DNA from: Lama glama
Lineage: Eukaryota
DNA: 64,000 nt
Assembly (NCBI GenBank): GCA_028534125.1
Contig: CM052817.1
Location: 25,606,001-25,670,000 of the forward strand
Direction: 5' to 3'
Position numbers and translations under genes: made by a program. This document shows, piece by piece, positions 1 to 64,000 of the stretch; positions within the stretch are counted from its first letter, which is position 1; each line of letters starts with the position of its first letter. The notes beneath the pieces were generated by a model that did not search any database, was not told where the DNA came from, and saw only the letters and a list, made by a program, of their open reading frames with translations.

Positions 1-304
1 TCATTGACTTGTTGAATATCCAAAACTTAATGTCCCAGCTAAAAAGAAATATGCGTTATTTGCCTTTCTAACCTGCAGACTTGCTTACAGGTGTGTTGTC
101 AGAGAATCCAAGGATTTTTGTTTAAAAAGAGACAGTCTAACTCGGTTATCTGGGAAGTGAAGGAATGAAGGAAAGCCCACGTGGGTCATTTGGAACCACT
201 TGCTGTAAGATAGCTCCTGAGTAGTGAATGGGGGTAAAGGCATTTTCTGCTAGCTTTCATTTCAAATTACATTTTCATTTTAAGTCTCCACAAAAATATT
301 CATG

Positions 305-1010
305 TCACTCAGCACACATATTTGTTGAGCTTCCCACCATACTCGAGAGACCATGTTAAGTGCTATATGACATATGAAGACAAACAAGGAAGATCCTTGT
401 CTTCATAGAATTTACAGTGTTATAGGAACACAAACAACTGTAACCAAAGATGATTGTAATCATTGGAAGTGAGCTAGATACAAGGCACTCTGGGAGTTCA
501 GGGGAAGAAAAATTATACCCAGCTAGGAGGAACAAAGAATGGGGAGGTGGTTATTTTAAATGGGCCTTAAATGTGTTAAAACAACATATTGAACCAACAG
601 CCACCTGAGGGTCTCTTGTTCACATACTTATATTGTCTCGTTTAAGGATTTGGAAGGTCAACATGGTGGGTAAGACTAGTGGGGTCAGAGCACAGAGGTC
701 CTTGGATGCCAACTGAAGGATGTAACTTCATCTCAGTAGGAAGTGGGGAGCCCCTGAGCATGTCTGAGCAGGAGGTGACATAACCAGAGCAGTAAGGAAA
801 ATGGTGGGGAAGTGAACTGAGAACAACAGTGAGGAGGGGGTGTACCCAATATTAATATCATCAATGTGAATTAAACTGAGGACCTGATCAAAGCTGATGG
901 TACGGTAAATAGAAGTAAAAGACAGGCTACAGATTTGGAATAAAGAGCCTCCAGGATTTGAGCCCTGGTTGAATGTAAGAGAAGAGGAAGATAGTATTGC
1001 AGATGGGGCC
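305..1010 (-). mobile_element. Degenerate L2 fragments
   Basis: tcactcagcacacatatttgttgagc...gatccttgtcttcatagaatttacagt...ggggagcccctgagc...aggtgacataaccagagc. Confidence 0.55.
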
Positions 1011-1029
1011 CTGACGTGGTTCAAAATCA

Positions 1030-1200
1030 AAGTCAGACGTGGGCTCAGATCTCAGATCTGCCACATCCTTAAAGTGTGACCTCTGAGCATCAGTTGCCTC
1101 ATCTGTAAAATTGAGCTCATAATATCGAACTCATAGGAGATACCCATTTAAAGAGCCTTGATTTAACAGGCACTCAATAAATGATTACTATTGATATTAT
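1030..1200 (+). mobile_element. MIR SINE
   Basis: MIR core tgtgacctctgagcatcagttgcctcatctgtaaaattg. Confidence 0.65.
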
Positions 1201-1404
1201 ATATTCTTGAGAGAGTGAAGATTTGGTCAATGACAGCCTTAAGATTTTAAGCCTGGGTTATTGGGGAAATGTAGGTGCCGTTAAAAGAAACCCAAAAGTC
1301 AGGAGGAAGATATAGAATTAATGGCAAAGGTTTTCTCTGGGACGTGACGAGATGTCCAGCTGGTCATTAGAACTGCTTATCTGGAGGTAGGGTAAGATTT
1401 CAAA

Positions 1405-1645
1405 ACAGTGTATTGAGATATAATTCACACATCACAAAATTCACATACTACAAAATTCACTCATTTTAAATGTGCAGCTGAGTGGTTTTTAATATATTCA
1501 TGGAATTATACAGCCATTATCACTATCTACTTTTAGGACAATTTCATCATCACCCACAAAAGAAATCAATGCTCAGTAGCAGTCATCACTAATTTCCCTT
1601 CCCTTCAGCACCTCGAAACTATTGATTTACCTTCTGCCTCTATGG
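1405..1645 (-). mobile_element. Old L1M (L1MB-like) 3' fragment
   Basis: tattgagatataattcaca...aaaattcactcattttaaatgtgcag...gacaatttcatcatc resembles the recalled L1M 3' end consensus. Confidence 0.7.
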
Positions 1646-2036
1646 AATGGAGGTAGATATTTGAGAGTCACAATACAAAAGTATGTAAAACTGTGAGAAA
1701 GGAACCTCATTCACTGAGGGAGAGAATGTAGCAAGGGGAAAGAAAACAACTAGACAACTTTAGGCAATGACTGTCTAAGGGGGCATGAGGATTGGCGGGG
1801 GCATGAGGATTGGCAGGTGCATGTGAGTTCTCAGCTTGTGCCATCATGTGGCTGGTGTGTTAAATGGCTTCTCACATACGTGGTTTTAACAGCAACCTGA
1901 GATTTGACTGGTTGTAAACACTGAGGTCAACCAAAAAACCCACTGATTTGCTGGGGCTTGGCTGCTTGTGTAGTGAGAACACCGTGTCTTTATTTTAGAC
2001 TAAGAAAATTGTCACGTTGAATTAGCCTTTTAGATA

Positions 2037-2241
2037 TGTGTTATCCAGTAAGGTGGCCACTCGGCACACGTGCCTATGTAAATTTAAATTTAAATTACTT
2101 AAAATTAAATTAAATTTAAAAATTAGTTCCTCAGTTGCACTAGCCACATTTCAAGTGCTCAATAGCCACATGTGACCATATTAGACAGTGAGGACTGAAC
2201 GTTTTTATCATCATTGAAAAAGTTCTGTGGAACTGCACTGT
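2037..2241. mobile_element. MER3/MER33-like hAT MITE
   Basis: tccagtaaggtggccact...aaattagttcctcagttgcactagccacatttcaagtgctcaatagccacatgtg. Confidence 0.75.
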
Positions 2242-2681
2242 TCTACGTGATGGCAGTAACTTGCAAGCTTCGTAAAGAGTTTTCTGCTTTGTAGGTTATT
2301 TTGCAATGGCTACATTCCTCTTTTGGCTTAACGTGTCACTTCCTTCCTTTCCATTTCATCCTTGTGATTTCTTGTCTAAACTATTGTCCAGATAGAGCCT
2401 AAGCTTTCACCCGCTGGTACCCAGCAAAGCACACTTACGTGTATGTAAGTCTTTTTCTCAGTGTGACTCTCCGACTACACTGCAGAGGTCAATTTCAAGT
2501 ATGTTTTGATAAGCTCTCAGGTATTTGTTCTACTTACTCCCATTATGAATACAAATGTAACTAATAAAGTCATATTAAATAAATACTTTCACAGATACAG
2601 ATAATACTCTTAGTTCCCCTATGCATATTTCTTCATGCTAGGTAAGATATTCATGAAAGTTTAAAGATAGCTCTGTAGGTT

Positions 2682-3095
2682 TGTATTAGTTTCCAATTGC
2701 TGCTGTAACAAAGTACAACCAATTTTAGTGGTTTATAACGATGCAAATGTACTCTCTTGCAGTTCTGCTGTCTGGGAGGNNNNNNNNNNNNNNNNNNNNN
2801 NNNNNNNNNNNNNNNNNNNNNNNNNNNNNNNNNNNNNNNNNNNNNNNNNNNNNNNNNNNNNNNNNNNNNNNNNNNNNNNNNNNNNNNNNNNNNNNNNNNN
2901 NNNNNNNNNNNNNNNNNNNNNNNNNNNNNNNNNNNNNNNNNNNNNNNNNNTGACTTCATTTAGGACCCACTTCAATCATCTAAGATTCTTAATTTAATCA
3001 TATCCTCAAAGTCCTACTTGCCATATAAGGCAATATTCACTGCTTCCAAGGATTATGACATGGATATTCTTGGGGGCCATTATCAGCCTACCCCA
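2682..3095 (-). mobile_element. MaLR (MLT1-family) solo LTR, contains a gap
   Basis: Starts tgtattagtttcc...gctgctgtaacaaa and ends ...ggacatggat-like gggggccattatcagcctaccc, as typical of reverse-oriented MLT1. Confidence 0.8.
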
Positions 3096-3193
3096 AGGTT
3101 ACATAAAGTTTCTTCTTGGTAGAAGGGTGACCCCCCCCCAGATTTAACTTAATCATTCAGAGTTTTGAATTAAAATTTAACAATTCAGTTTAA

Positions 3194-56703
<53,510 letters not shown>

Positions 56704-57337
56704 CCTGGCCAGACTCCATCGAGTTCAAGGAAACGGCAGGCCCTGGTGCATTGTTACGTACCGTTTCATGGGATGCTTTCCACGCCCCTGGCCACAGATG
56801 CCCGTTTGAAGACACTATAAGCAATTTTGCACAGACAGTATTGAGAATGCAAGTTTAAAGAGAATATCATTTCTCTTAATGTATATGGTTATTTTACAAA
56901 TAATTATGTTTCCTTAATGTTAATTTAAACTTACACAGCTTTGTATTGATAATTTTCTTTAATCTGAAGTTCACTCACAAATACCCATTTCCATTTTCCT
57001 GCTCAAGCACACTACATTTAGAAATTCCTGGGCAGAACTTAGACTTTAAATTTCCACTTTTAAGTTCCCCATTCTTATAATATGACTTTAAATCAATTCT
57101 TATACTGAACTTAGTTTTGTTTTATAAATACCATGGGTAGAGATAACACTACTTACAGATTTTACCAATGATGGTGAAAGAGGAACATAAGTATCTCTTT
57201 ATTGCCATTCATTCTCAAAATAAGCATTTATTGAGCTCTTACTGTGTGCTCACAATAGAGGAACATGCTCTCACCCCAATAGAGGCAGCTAGTCTGAAAG
57301 AGGATTTATAATAATTCCTAAAATACTTTCAAATACT

Positions 57338-57343
57338 AATAAA
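57338..57343 (+). terminator. Candidate proximal polyadenylation signal AATAAA
   Basis: Canonical hexamer ~640 nt after the stop codon, followed by a GT/T-rich tract (gtgggtttgtttttttttt) ~40 nt downstream. Confidence 0.4.
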
Positions 57344-59011
57344 TTTTTTAAACCTGAAAAAAATTGAAGAACAAAGTATACTAGTGGGTTTGTTTTTTTT
57401 TTTAATGTTTTACTTTTCAGTTGATCGTATTTTTTCTCACACTTCTTGAACTTTTTTATCCCAAACTTTACATCTGGAGTGAAAATATATATGAAAAGGG
57501 ATACTAAAGAATATTTTGTATGAAGTTGACTTCTTAGGGCCTTACACACACGAGAGTGTAGCCACAAAGCCTGCACATACGCGAACAGCAGATGGAAGGG
57601 AGCCCAACACGGCAGAGCCCCAGGGCTGCACTTTTAAATCCACTACAGTTGAGTCACACTGTTCCATGAATGCACAGGTCACACTCGCCGGTGGCAAATG
57701 GCATCGTTGCTTCTAAAGACAGACTGTGCTGATGTGTGGATGACTACATGGTTTCACAGTCCACGAGGCTGCACAGAAGACCCTGCAGCCAGGAGAGGCT
57801 TTGTCAATGGACACTTCTGCCCCGAGCCCCACACGTCACTCCGGCTGGGGGTTCTGTACCATGTTCCTATTTCGGAGACCATTAACATCCCTACAGGTAC
57901 TGTCACAAGACGTCTTGCCCAGTAGCTCTCTCCAGGCCAAGTGAAGCCTGTGTTTTTGCCAGGGTGAAAATCCCTCATTCGCATTTGCTTTTATTCCTCT
58001 GATAGAGTAGACTGCCTGTGTTCCACCCAGGCAAAGTACAGATATTTGAATATCATCCTACTTACTAACATTTCATTTTCCTATATCCTTTGTTTCATTG
58101 GTATATCTCCTGAAACAACCAAATGAAAAATATAAGAATTTATTTATAATCTAGAAAAAAAATTGCTCTGAGGAATCAATTAAAGATGGTTTTTCCTACT
58201 TGCTTTTGGATTGCCTGAAATGTTTCTGCTACTAAGTCTAGAGAACAATTAACTGATAAAAATGTTGCATTTATTACCTCTTCATAAATTTTACACTTCT
58301 TATGTTCAGAGCAGAAGAAAGGATTTAGATTTACGATTTCTTCACATCAGATTTTTTTAGCATCAGATGGATTTATAGACATTAACTGGAAATGTAAAAG
58401 AAACATAGTTTCAGAGGAGCTAGAGCCCCAAAATTAGACTTGAAGCCTAACAGCACTCATTGAGTGCATAGCAAAATTTTTTATCATAAAATAGAAATCT
58501 GCAACAAAAAAAAAAGGAGAGAGAGAATTATTCTCTAAAAAGTGGCTGACATTATTTAAATGGCACATATATATCTTTTAGTGATGGAATGTTGCCAGGT
58601 GGAAACACAGTCTGAGAGATGATTCCTGGGGCCTAGCTCCACAGTCTGTGAATTACATTATTTTAGGAGAGAATAATCATTTAAAATATATCCACCCTCC
58701 AGGATTGCTCTTTTTCAGTACTGTTTTTCACCATCACTTTTAAATAATTGCTTCTTTACTTTGCCTTTAAAGCCTACAAAGCACAGGCTCCAGATCTGGG
58801 CAACTGGCAATCAGTTACTGAATGAATGAATGACTCAGCAAGCTTGCTTTGAAAGTTTTGCATTACTTCAATAATCCTTTACACAAATTGGATTCATTTC
58901 ACTCTATGCAATTACCCTGAATATGCCTGCCAGTTTTTTTTTTCCTGAGATCAAGTGCAAAAGAAGTTCTAGTCTAAATAATGAATGAAGTCCTGCACCT
59001 GTGCCTTATGA

Positions 59012-59017
59012 AATAAA
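59012..59017 (+). terminator. Candidate distal polyadenylation signal AATAAA
   Basis: Canonical hexamer ~2.3 kb after the stop codon, with a CA dinucleotide ~15 nt downstream. No strong GU-rich downstream element seen. Confidence 0.5.
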
Positions 59018-59633
59018 AAGCATCAAAAGCATATTTCAAATTCAAAGCAAAATGCATCCAAGAAAAACCTCTTTGGGGAGTTGATACATAAAGCTCTGAA
59101 GGTGAAATTGAGTCCCAAATCTTAAAGCAAAGGCCTAAGCTTAAATATTCTGTCCCACTGAGGACAGAAGTCTCTTTGCTCTGAGTCTCACACTGTGCTG
59201 TACTTCAGGTCCGTGATTAAATGAGCAGTGTGGCTCGCTGGGATGGCGGCAAGGATGAGCTGCTTCAGCTACACCCGCTGTGGAAGCATGGACTTCAGCT
59301 GCAGAGCACAAAGGGAAGAAGCACCAGCCTTGGACGGGCTGAGGAAAGTGCTCATTATATGGGGGAAGCCTGAACCTAGAGATGAGTGTTTCCTGTCTTT
59401 CTCCAGTCAGCTGCCCCGAGGTGCTCGTGCATCTGAGAAGTCAGCTTCTGCACGGCCCGGCTGGGCTGCGTTCAAGTTAATAACAAAAGCAGGCATATTC
59501 CAGTCACAGCCATCCTAGCGGTCCACAATGTAATGTCTTAGGAAGTAATTCAGCAAAAAAAACCAAAAAAAAACAAAAAAAAACAAACTTATTTTTCTTC
59601 TTTCCTAAAAAAAAGGTATGTATGTATACTTAC

Positions 59634-59637
<4 letters not shown>

Positions 59638-59684
<47 letters not shown>
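59638..59684. repeat. (TG)~23 microsatellite
   Basis: Perfect dinucleotide run read directly. Confidence 0.95.
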
Positions 59685-59687
<3 letters not shown>

Positions 59688-60929
59688 GCAATGTAGGTAT
59701 GTATGTATGCTGAACAGATGGGATGGATTTTACCACATGACTTCAATCTCTATTTGATTTTATAAAAGCAGTTATCCTTCAGGGTTAAGCTAATTTTTGT
59801 AATGTAAAAATTGCCCTTTGGTCTTCTTCTTAAGCGTGCTCTACATTCTGATACTCAGATCCAGGCTTCAACTTGGTTTCTTAAATTACTGTGTTTGTGA
59901 AAGCACATCAGAAGAGATCATACTGAAAACTCATTTCAGAACTGCAGTTTTGCCTTGGTTTTGTAGTTGATTAGAATTCAAAAAGCCATAGGAGTGGATT
60001 CAGACCAGCCATTCTTCACATTAAAGGGAAAACAAAAATCATGTGGTTAACGATTTGTTGCATTTTTCTAGATACCTCATAACTTATGCAGGTTTATGTT
60101 GATTTTCTGTATATTCACCTAGAACAGATGCTCCACTGCAATACATGCTATTAAACAAATCTGAGATTCTTTCTTGTATATGTGTGTATTCAGATCCCGA
60201 AAATAATCTGAACTTTTCTACCCTTTGAGCATTTTACCTTTAGCAATGATTAACCTGTTGCAACCCAACAGTAAGAAATCCGTTGTGTTTCTGATATATC
60301 TGGTGCCTGGGGTCAGCATAGACGGTGAATAGAAGCTGATTGTGGCGAGTGAGAATTTTGTGTTGGAATTGAAGCTGCATTTACCTTTGTCTGCATCAGA
60401 GAGTATTTTTCTCTGCATGAGCCGTCAGCCAAAAAGCAATAGGATTATGTCTGCCTGTGGTCACTGCTGACTCACTCGACAGACCTGTCTCTTCTGTTGG
60501 TCTCAAAGAAATCCCATACTGCAAAAGAATTATACATACGTTTCATATATGCCTTCACTGAGCATAGAGGTTTAGGGTGATTCAGAAACGGTCTGTCTCC
60601 CTGCCATGGGTTTCACTCCTAGGTTTCTAGAGCTGCCATTTGGAGGGAAAAACCAACACAGAAGCCAAGAGCAGATGGATGAAACCTTGGCGAAATAGCA
60701 AATCTAATTCTCTGCCTCTGAGTCTCTGCCATCGTTATCCTTTTTCCTATCTCAGAACTTCTTTGACAACTGTCATTAAGGGCCTTTCTTCCAGGATCAG
60801 CTTTTAACATCCTGCCTCTCTTTTTCATGTCTCCTCTTCTTCCATTTCTCTTTCTCTACATTTATACTTTCCTTTCCCCATTTGTCTCACCAGAAAACAA
60901 TCTATCCAAAAGATTCCAATAATAATCAC

Positions 60930-61140
60930 TAATATGTATTTACTGTGTGCTGGGCACTGTGTTGAGTGTTTTATATGCATTATCCCATTTAATCTCCATA
61001 AGTACCCTATTGGGTACATATTATTACAAATTCCACTGCCCTAATGAGAACATTTAGACCCAGAGAAGTTATATAACTCATTCCATGTGGCACAGCTAGT
61101 AAAACAGAGCCAGGATTCAAACCCATGTCAATTCGACCTG
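60930..61140 (-). mobile_element. MIR SINE
   Basis: ttactgtgtgctgggcactgtgttgag...gacccagagaagttatataact...cacagctagtaaaacagagccaggattcaaaccca. Confidence 0.75.
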
Positions 61141-61730
61141 ACCAGCTAACTATTATGCAGAGCCTCCCGGCAAAAGGAACATGTTATTTTTAGAGATATG
61201 TTTAGCTCTCTTTGCAACATGAGGTAGATTTGTAGCTGAAAGATTTGGTCGACAACTTTGATGGTTTCCACGCAACTGAGAAAACATTGGGACCAAAGAG
61301 ACACAGAACGAAGCCATACGAGGTTATTGGGCCCCTGGGTGGTTCTCACCAGAGGCCTCTTCCCTGCTTCACAGACATTTCCATCCGGCAGCTTCCTGGT
61401 CAACTTCATCACAACTGCCTGACTCACAGGTAACTTGATAGTCCTAAAGTGGCTCCATTTCCTCCTCCCGCTCCCACTCCCCCTTCACTGGTGCTGGGGA
61501 AGCCCATTTGCAAATCACTACCCTTCCTGAAAATCCTTAACCCTCTACTGCCTGCCTGGAGCTTGGGGTTCTTTTATGCTTCCCTTGCCTTAAAGATTAC
61601 CGACTTTAGGCAGCCTCTCCACTGAATCTTCAGTACCAGGTGTTGTGAGGTACTGATAAATGTTTGAAAGATGTTCTCAGTAATGCCTACTTGTCCCTGA
61701 ACTTGGTGCTGCTCCCTGTTAAGCCCAAGA

Positions 61731-61866
61731 AGTGATGGTAGTGGTAGTGGTGGTAGAAATGATGGTGGTAGTGGTCAGAAAGATGATGATGGTGGTGACG
61801 ATGATGATGGTGGTGGTGACGACAATGATGATTTTGGTGGTGGTGGTGATAATGGTGGGGGTGGGG
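61731..61866. repeat. Degenerate (GGT/GAT)n trinucleotide low-complexity tract
   Basis: gtgatggtagtggtagtggtggta...gatgatgatggtggtgacg; explains the poly-V/M and poly-T/I ORFs in the track. Confidence 0.9.
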
Positions 61867-61869
61867 ACA

Positions 61870-62060
61870 ATGTGCTTATTGTGCTCCAGACACTTTACCT
61901 CCATGATCTCGTTTAATCTCTAATGTCAACCTTATGAAATGATAGTGACTACTATATCCATTTTATGAATGAAAAGTGAAGCTTAGAGAGATTAAATAAT
62001 TTGCCTTAGGTCACCCAACTGATAAGTGCAAGAACTAGGATTCATACCCAGGCAGTGTAT
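61870..62060 (-). mobile_element. MIR SINE
   Basis: ccattttatgaatgaaaagtgaagcttagagagattaaataatttgccttaggtcaccc...ggattcatacccaggcagt. Confidence 0.7.
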
Positions 62061-62554
62061 AAAATGCTAGCCAGAGCCCACAGACAAGCAGATACCTGGT
62101 CATAAAAAGGAAAAGTTGCCCATTTTCCCTTGGGTTGAGTTCTTCTCTTCCAGCTAATACCTGGGCTCTCCTCTCTCTGTCCTGTGGCCCCAGGCAGAGA
62201 CAAATTGCTCCACAAATCTCTCTGTCAGGAGGGTAACCACATTTTTCCTGCTGATGCCTCTGATCCCAAGAGAAAGTGAGTAGCCTGTGTGTCCCATTCT
62301 CCCTCATGTTATAACTCTCATGCTGAGTGATCCATCTCTCACGGAAAACTGTGATTGCCTTTTGACACTTTGGCAAGAAAGCTCTTGTCTGCTATCTTTA
62401 GGGGAAAAATCCACTGTCAGGAAATGTGATAAAGGTCAAGAAACCAAATGATGAATTGCAGGGCAGAAAGACTCTGGCCATTTCTGTCAAAGAGAATTAT
62501 TTGGTCCTAGAAGGCATCTTAGTCAGGGATACATAGGATAATTTTCTTCCTGAC

Positions 62555-62865
62555 AGCTTCACAGCTCCCTCCCTCATTTCTTTCAGGTCTTTCTTCAAAA
62601 GCCACCTTCTCTGTGAGGTCTCTCCAGATAAAATTGCAACCCTCCCAATATTTCCTTTCTCTGCTTTGCTTTTTTCTCCATAGGATAATACGTCACTATC
62701 TACCATCCTTTGCATCTTACTTATCTATTATTTATCTCTTATGCTAAGATGTAATTTCCATAAAAGAGGGAATTTTTTTTTCAGTCTGTTACCATATTCC
62801 CAGCACTCAATGCAGTGCTTGGCACATGGTAGGTACTCAGTAATTATTTGTTGAATGAACAAATA
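62555..62865 (+). mobile_element. L2 3' fragment
   Basis: ccctcatttctttcaggtct...cccagcactcaatgcagtgcttggcacatggtaggtactcagtaattatttgttgaatgaa. Confidence 0.7.
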
Positions 62866-63239
62866 CATTAAAGTCTTAAGTGTCCAATCTGTAAACATTG
62901 AATGAGAGAATGGAAACAGCCGTATTATAGAGTAATTAATGATGGAGAATATCTGGTCAAGTTATATCATGACACGTTAACCATAGAAGTCATTGTGTCC
63001 ATTTCAATGGTATTTGGTGTTCTTGCATAAATAAGTATGATTTGGGGGTTTAGAAATGCATAAACATTTTGTCCATTAAAGTGGATGGAATTTACACTTT
63101 TAACTTAGAAGAATTCACTCTATAAAGGATTTTTTAAGACTCTTCATCAGGCAGGGGTAGACTATAGTGAAAAATTAGAACCATCTAAATAAATAACTAT
63201 ATGGAATATTATGTAACAGTTAAAAAGAATAGAAAAATG

Positions 63240-63613
63240 TGTCTTAGTCAGTTTGGACTGTGGTAACAAATATGCCATAGACAAGGTGACTTAAAAAACA
63301 AACATTTATTTCTCCAATTCTGGAAGCTGGGAAGTCTAAAATCAAGGTGCTGGCAGATCCAAAGTCTAGTGAGAGCTGGCTTCCTGGTTCGCAGTTGGTT
63401 GTCTTCTCATTGCATCCTTACAAGGCAGAAAACACAGAGAGAAGAAGCAAGCTCTCTTATGCCTTGTCTTATAAGGGCACTAATCTCATTCATGTGGGTT
63501 CCACCCTTATGAATGAATTACTTCCCTAAGTCTCTACCTCCAAATACCATCACACTAGGGATTAGGCTTCAACATACGAATTTTGGAATGATACAAACAT
63601 TCATTCCATAACA
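63240..63613 (-). mobile_element. MaLR (MLT1A-like) solo LTR
   Basis: tgtcttagtcagtttggactg...ctgggaagtctaaaatcaaggtgctggcagat...ttataagggcactaatctcattcatg...aaacattcattccataaca. Confidence 0.85.
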
Positions 63614-64000
63614 AGGTGGAACAGATGTCTGTACTAACAGAGCTCCAAGATTCATCACTGAGTGGAAAAAGAAAGCTACAGTATACAGTACAGTACTTGT
63701 AGTATATTTATCTCAAATAACATGTACACACACAAATATCTAACACACACACACACACATTCCTAGAAGAAAATATGGAAAGATCTACACAAAATCATTA
63801 GTAACATTTCTGACCAAGAGTGGATAGGGTAGGGAGAACATCTGAATGTGACACAGTAATCAAAGGGAATTCCAATGTTATTTGTAATATTTAAATATTT
63901 TTATAATGAAAAATATTTTTGTTTTTCCAAAATGGATTATTTATTGTAATGAAATTTTTAAGAATCAAAACAAGAAGCAAAAGAAAGTAGCTTCTGATGA

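Larger units (their letters stand above)
56704..59035 (+). other. FAM114A1: FAM114A1 3' UTR (approximate end)
   Basis: AT-rich sequence after the stop codon, with AATAAA at 57338 and 59012. The end coordinate is inferred from the distal signal. Confidence 0.55.

Noticed and set aside
61719-61923. Poly-Val/Met and poly-Thr/Ile ORFs
   Set aside because: These are translations of a degenerate trinucleotide repeat.
59040-64000. Exons of neighbouring genes (TMEM156 downstream, TLR6/TLR1/TLR10 upstream)
   Set aside because: No recognisable coding sequence for these genes was seen; they are expected outside the window.

Overview
Mammalian genomic DNA, very probably from a camelid because it carries a Vic-1-type tRNA-derived SINE at ~15.5 kb. 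The window holds the coding region of FAM114A1 (NOXP20) on the + strand. There are 13 coding exons from the ATG at 3236 to the TGA at 56703, followed by a 3' UTR of about 2.3 kb. Twelve exons can be read directly with canonical AG/GT boundaries. Coding exon 1 is split by a 500-N gap that appears to stand for a single base. Coding exon 7 lies almost entirely inside a 140-N gap, with only CAAG|GTAAAT visible. With those two repairs the CDS is 1692 nt (563 aa), the length I recall for human FAM114A1. The rest is intronic or intergenic DNA with many short L1 3' ends (clear TSDs, two with 5' inversions), MaLR/ERVL LTRs, hAT MITEs, MIR/L2 and microsatellites. I found no convincing evidence of a novel biological system. 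The best-supported observations are assembly artefacts that mimic gene inactivation, a triple tandem splice acceptor (TAG-TAG-CAG) and a few candidate regulatory or structural motifs. Repeat family names come from recalled consensus sequences and need RepeatMasker/Dfam confirmation.
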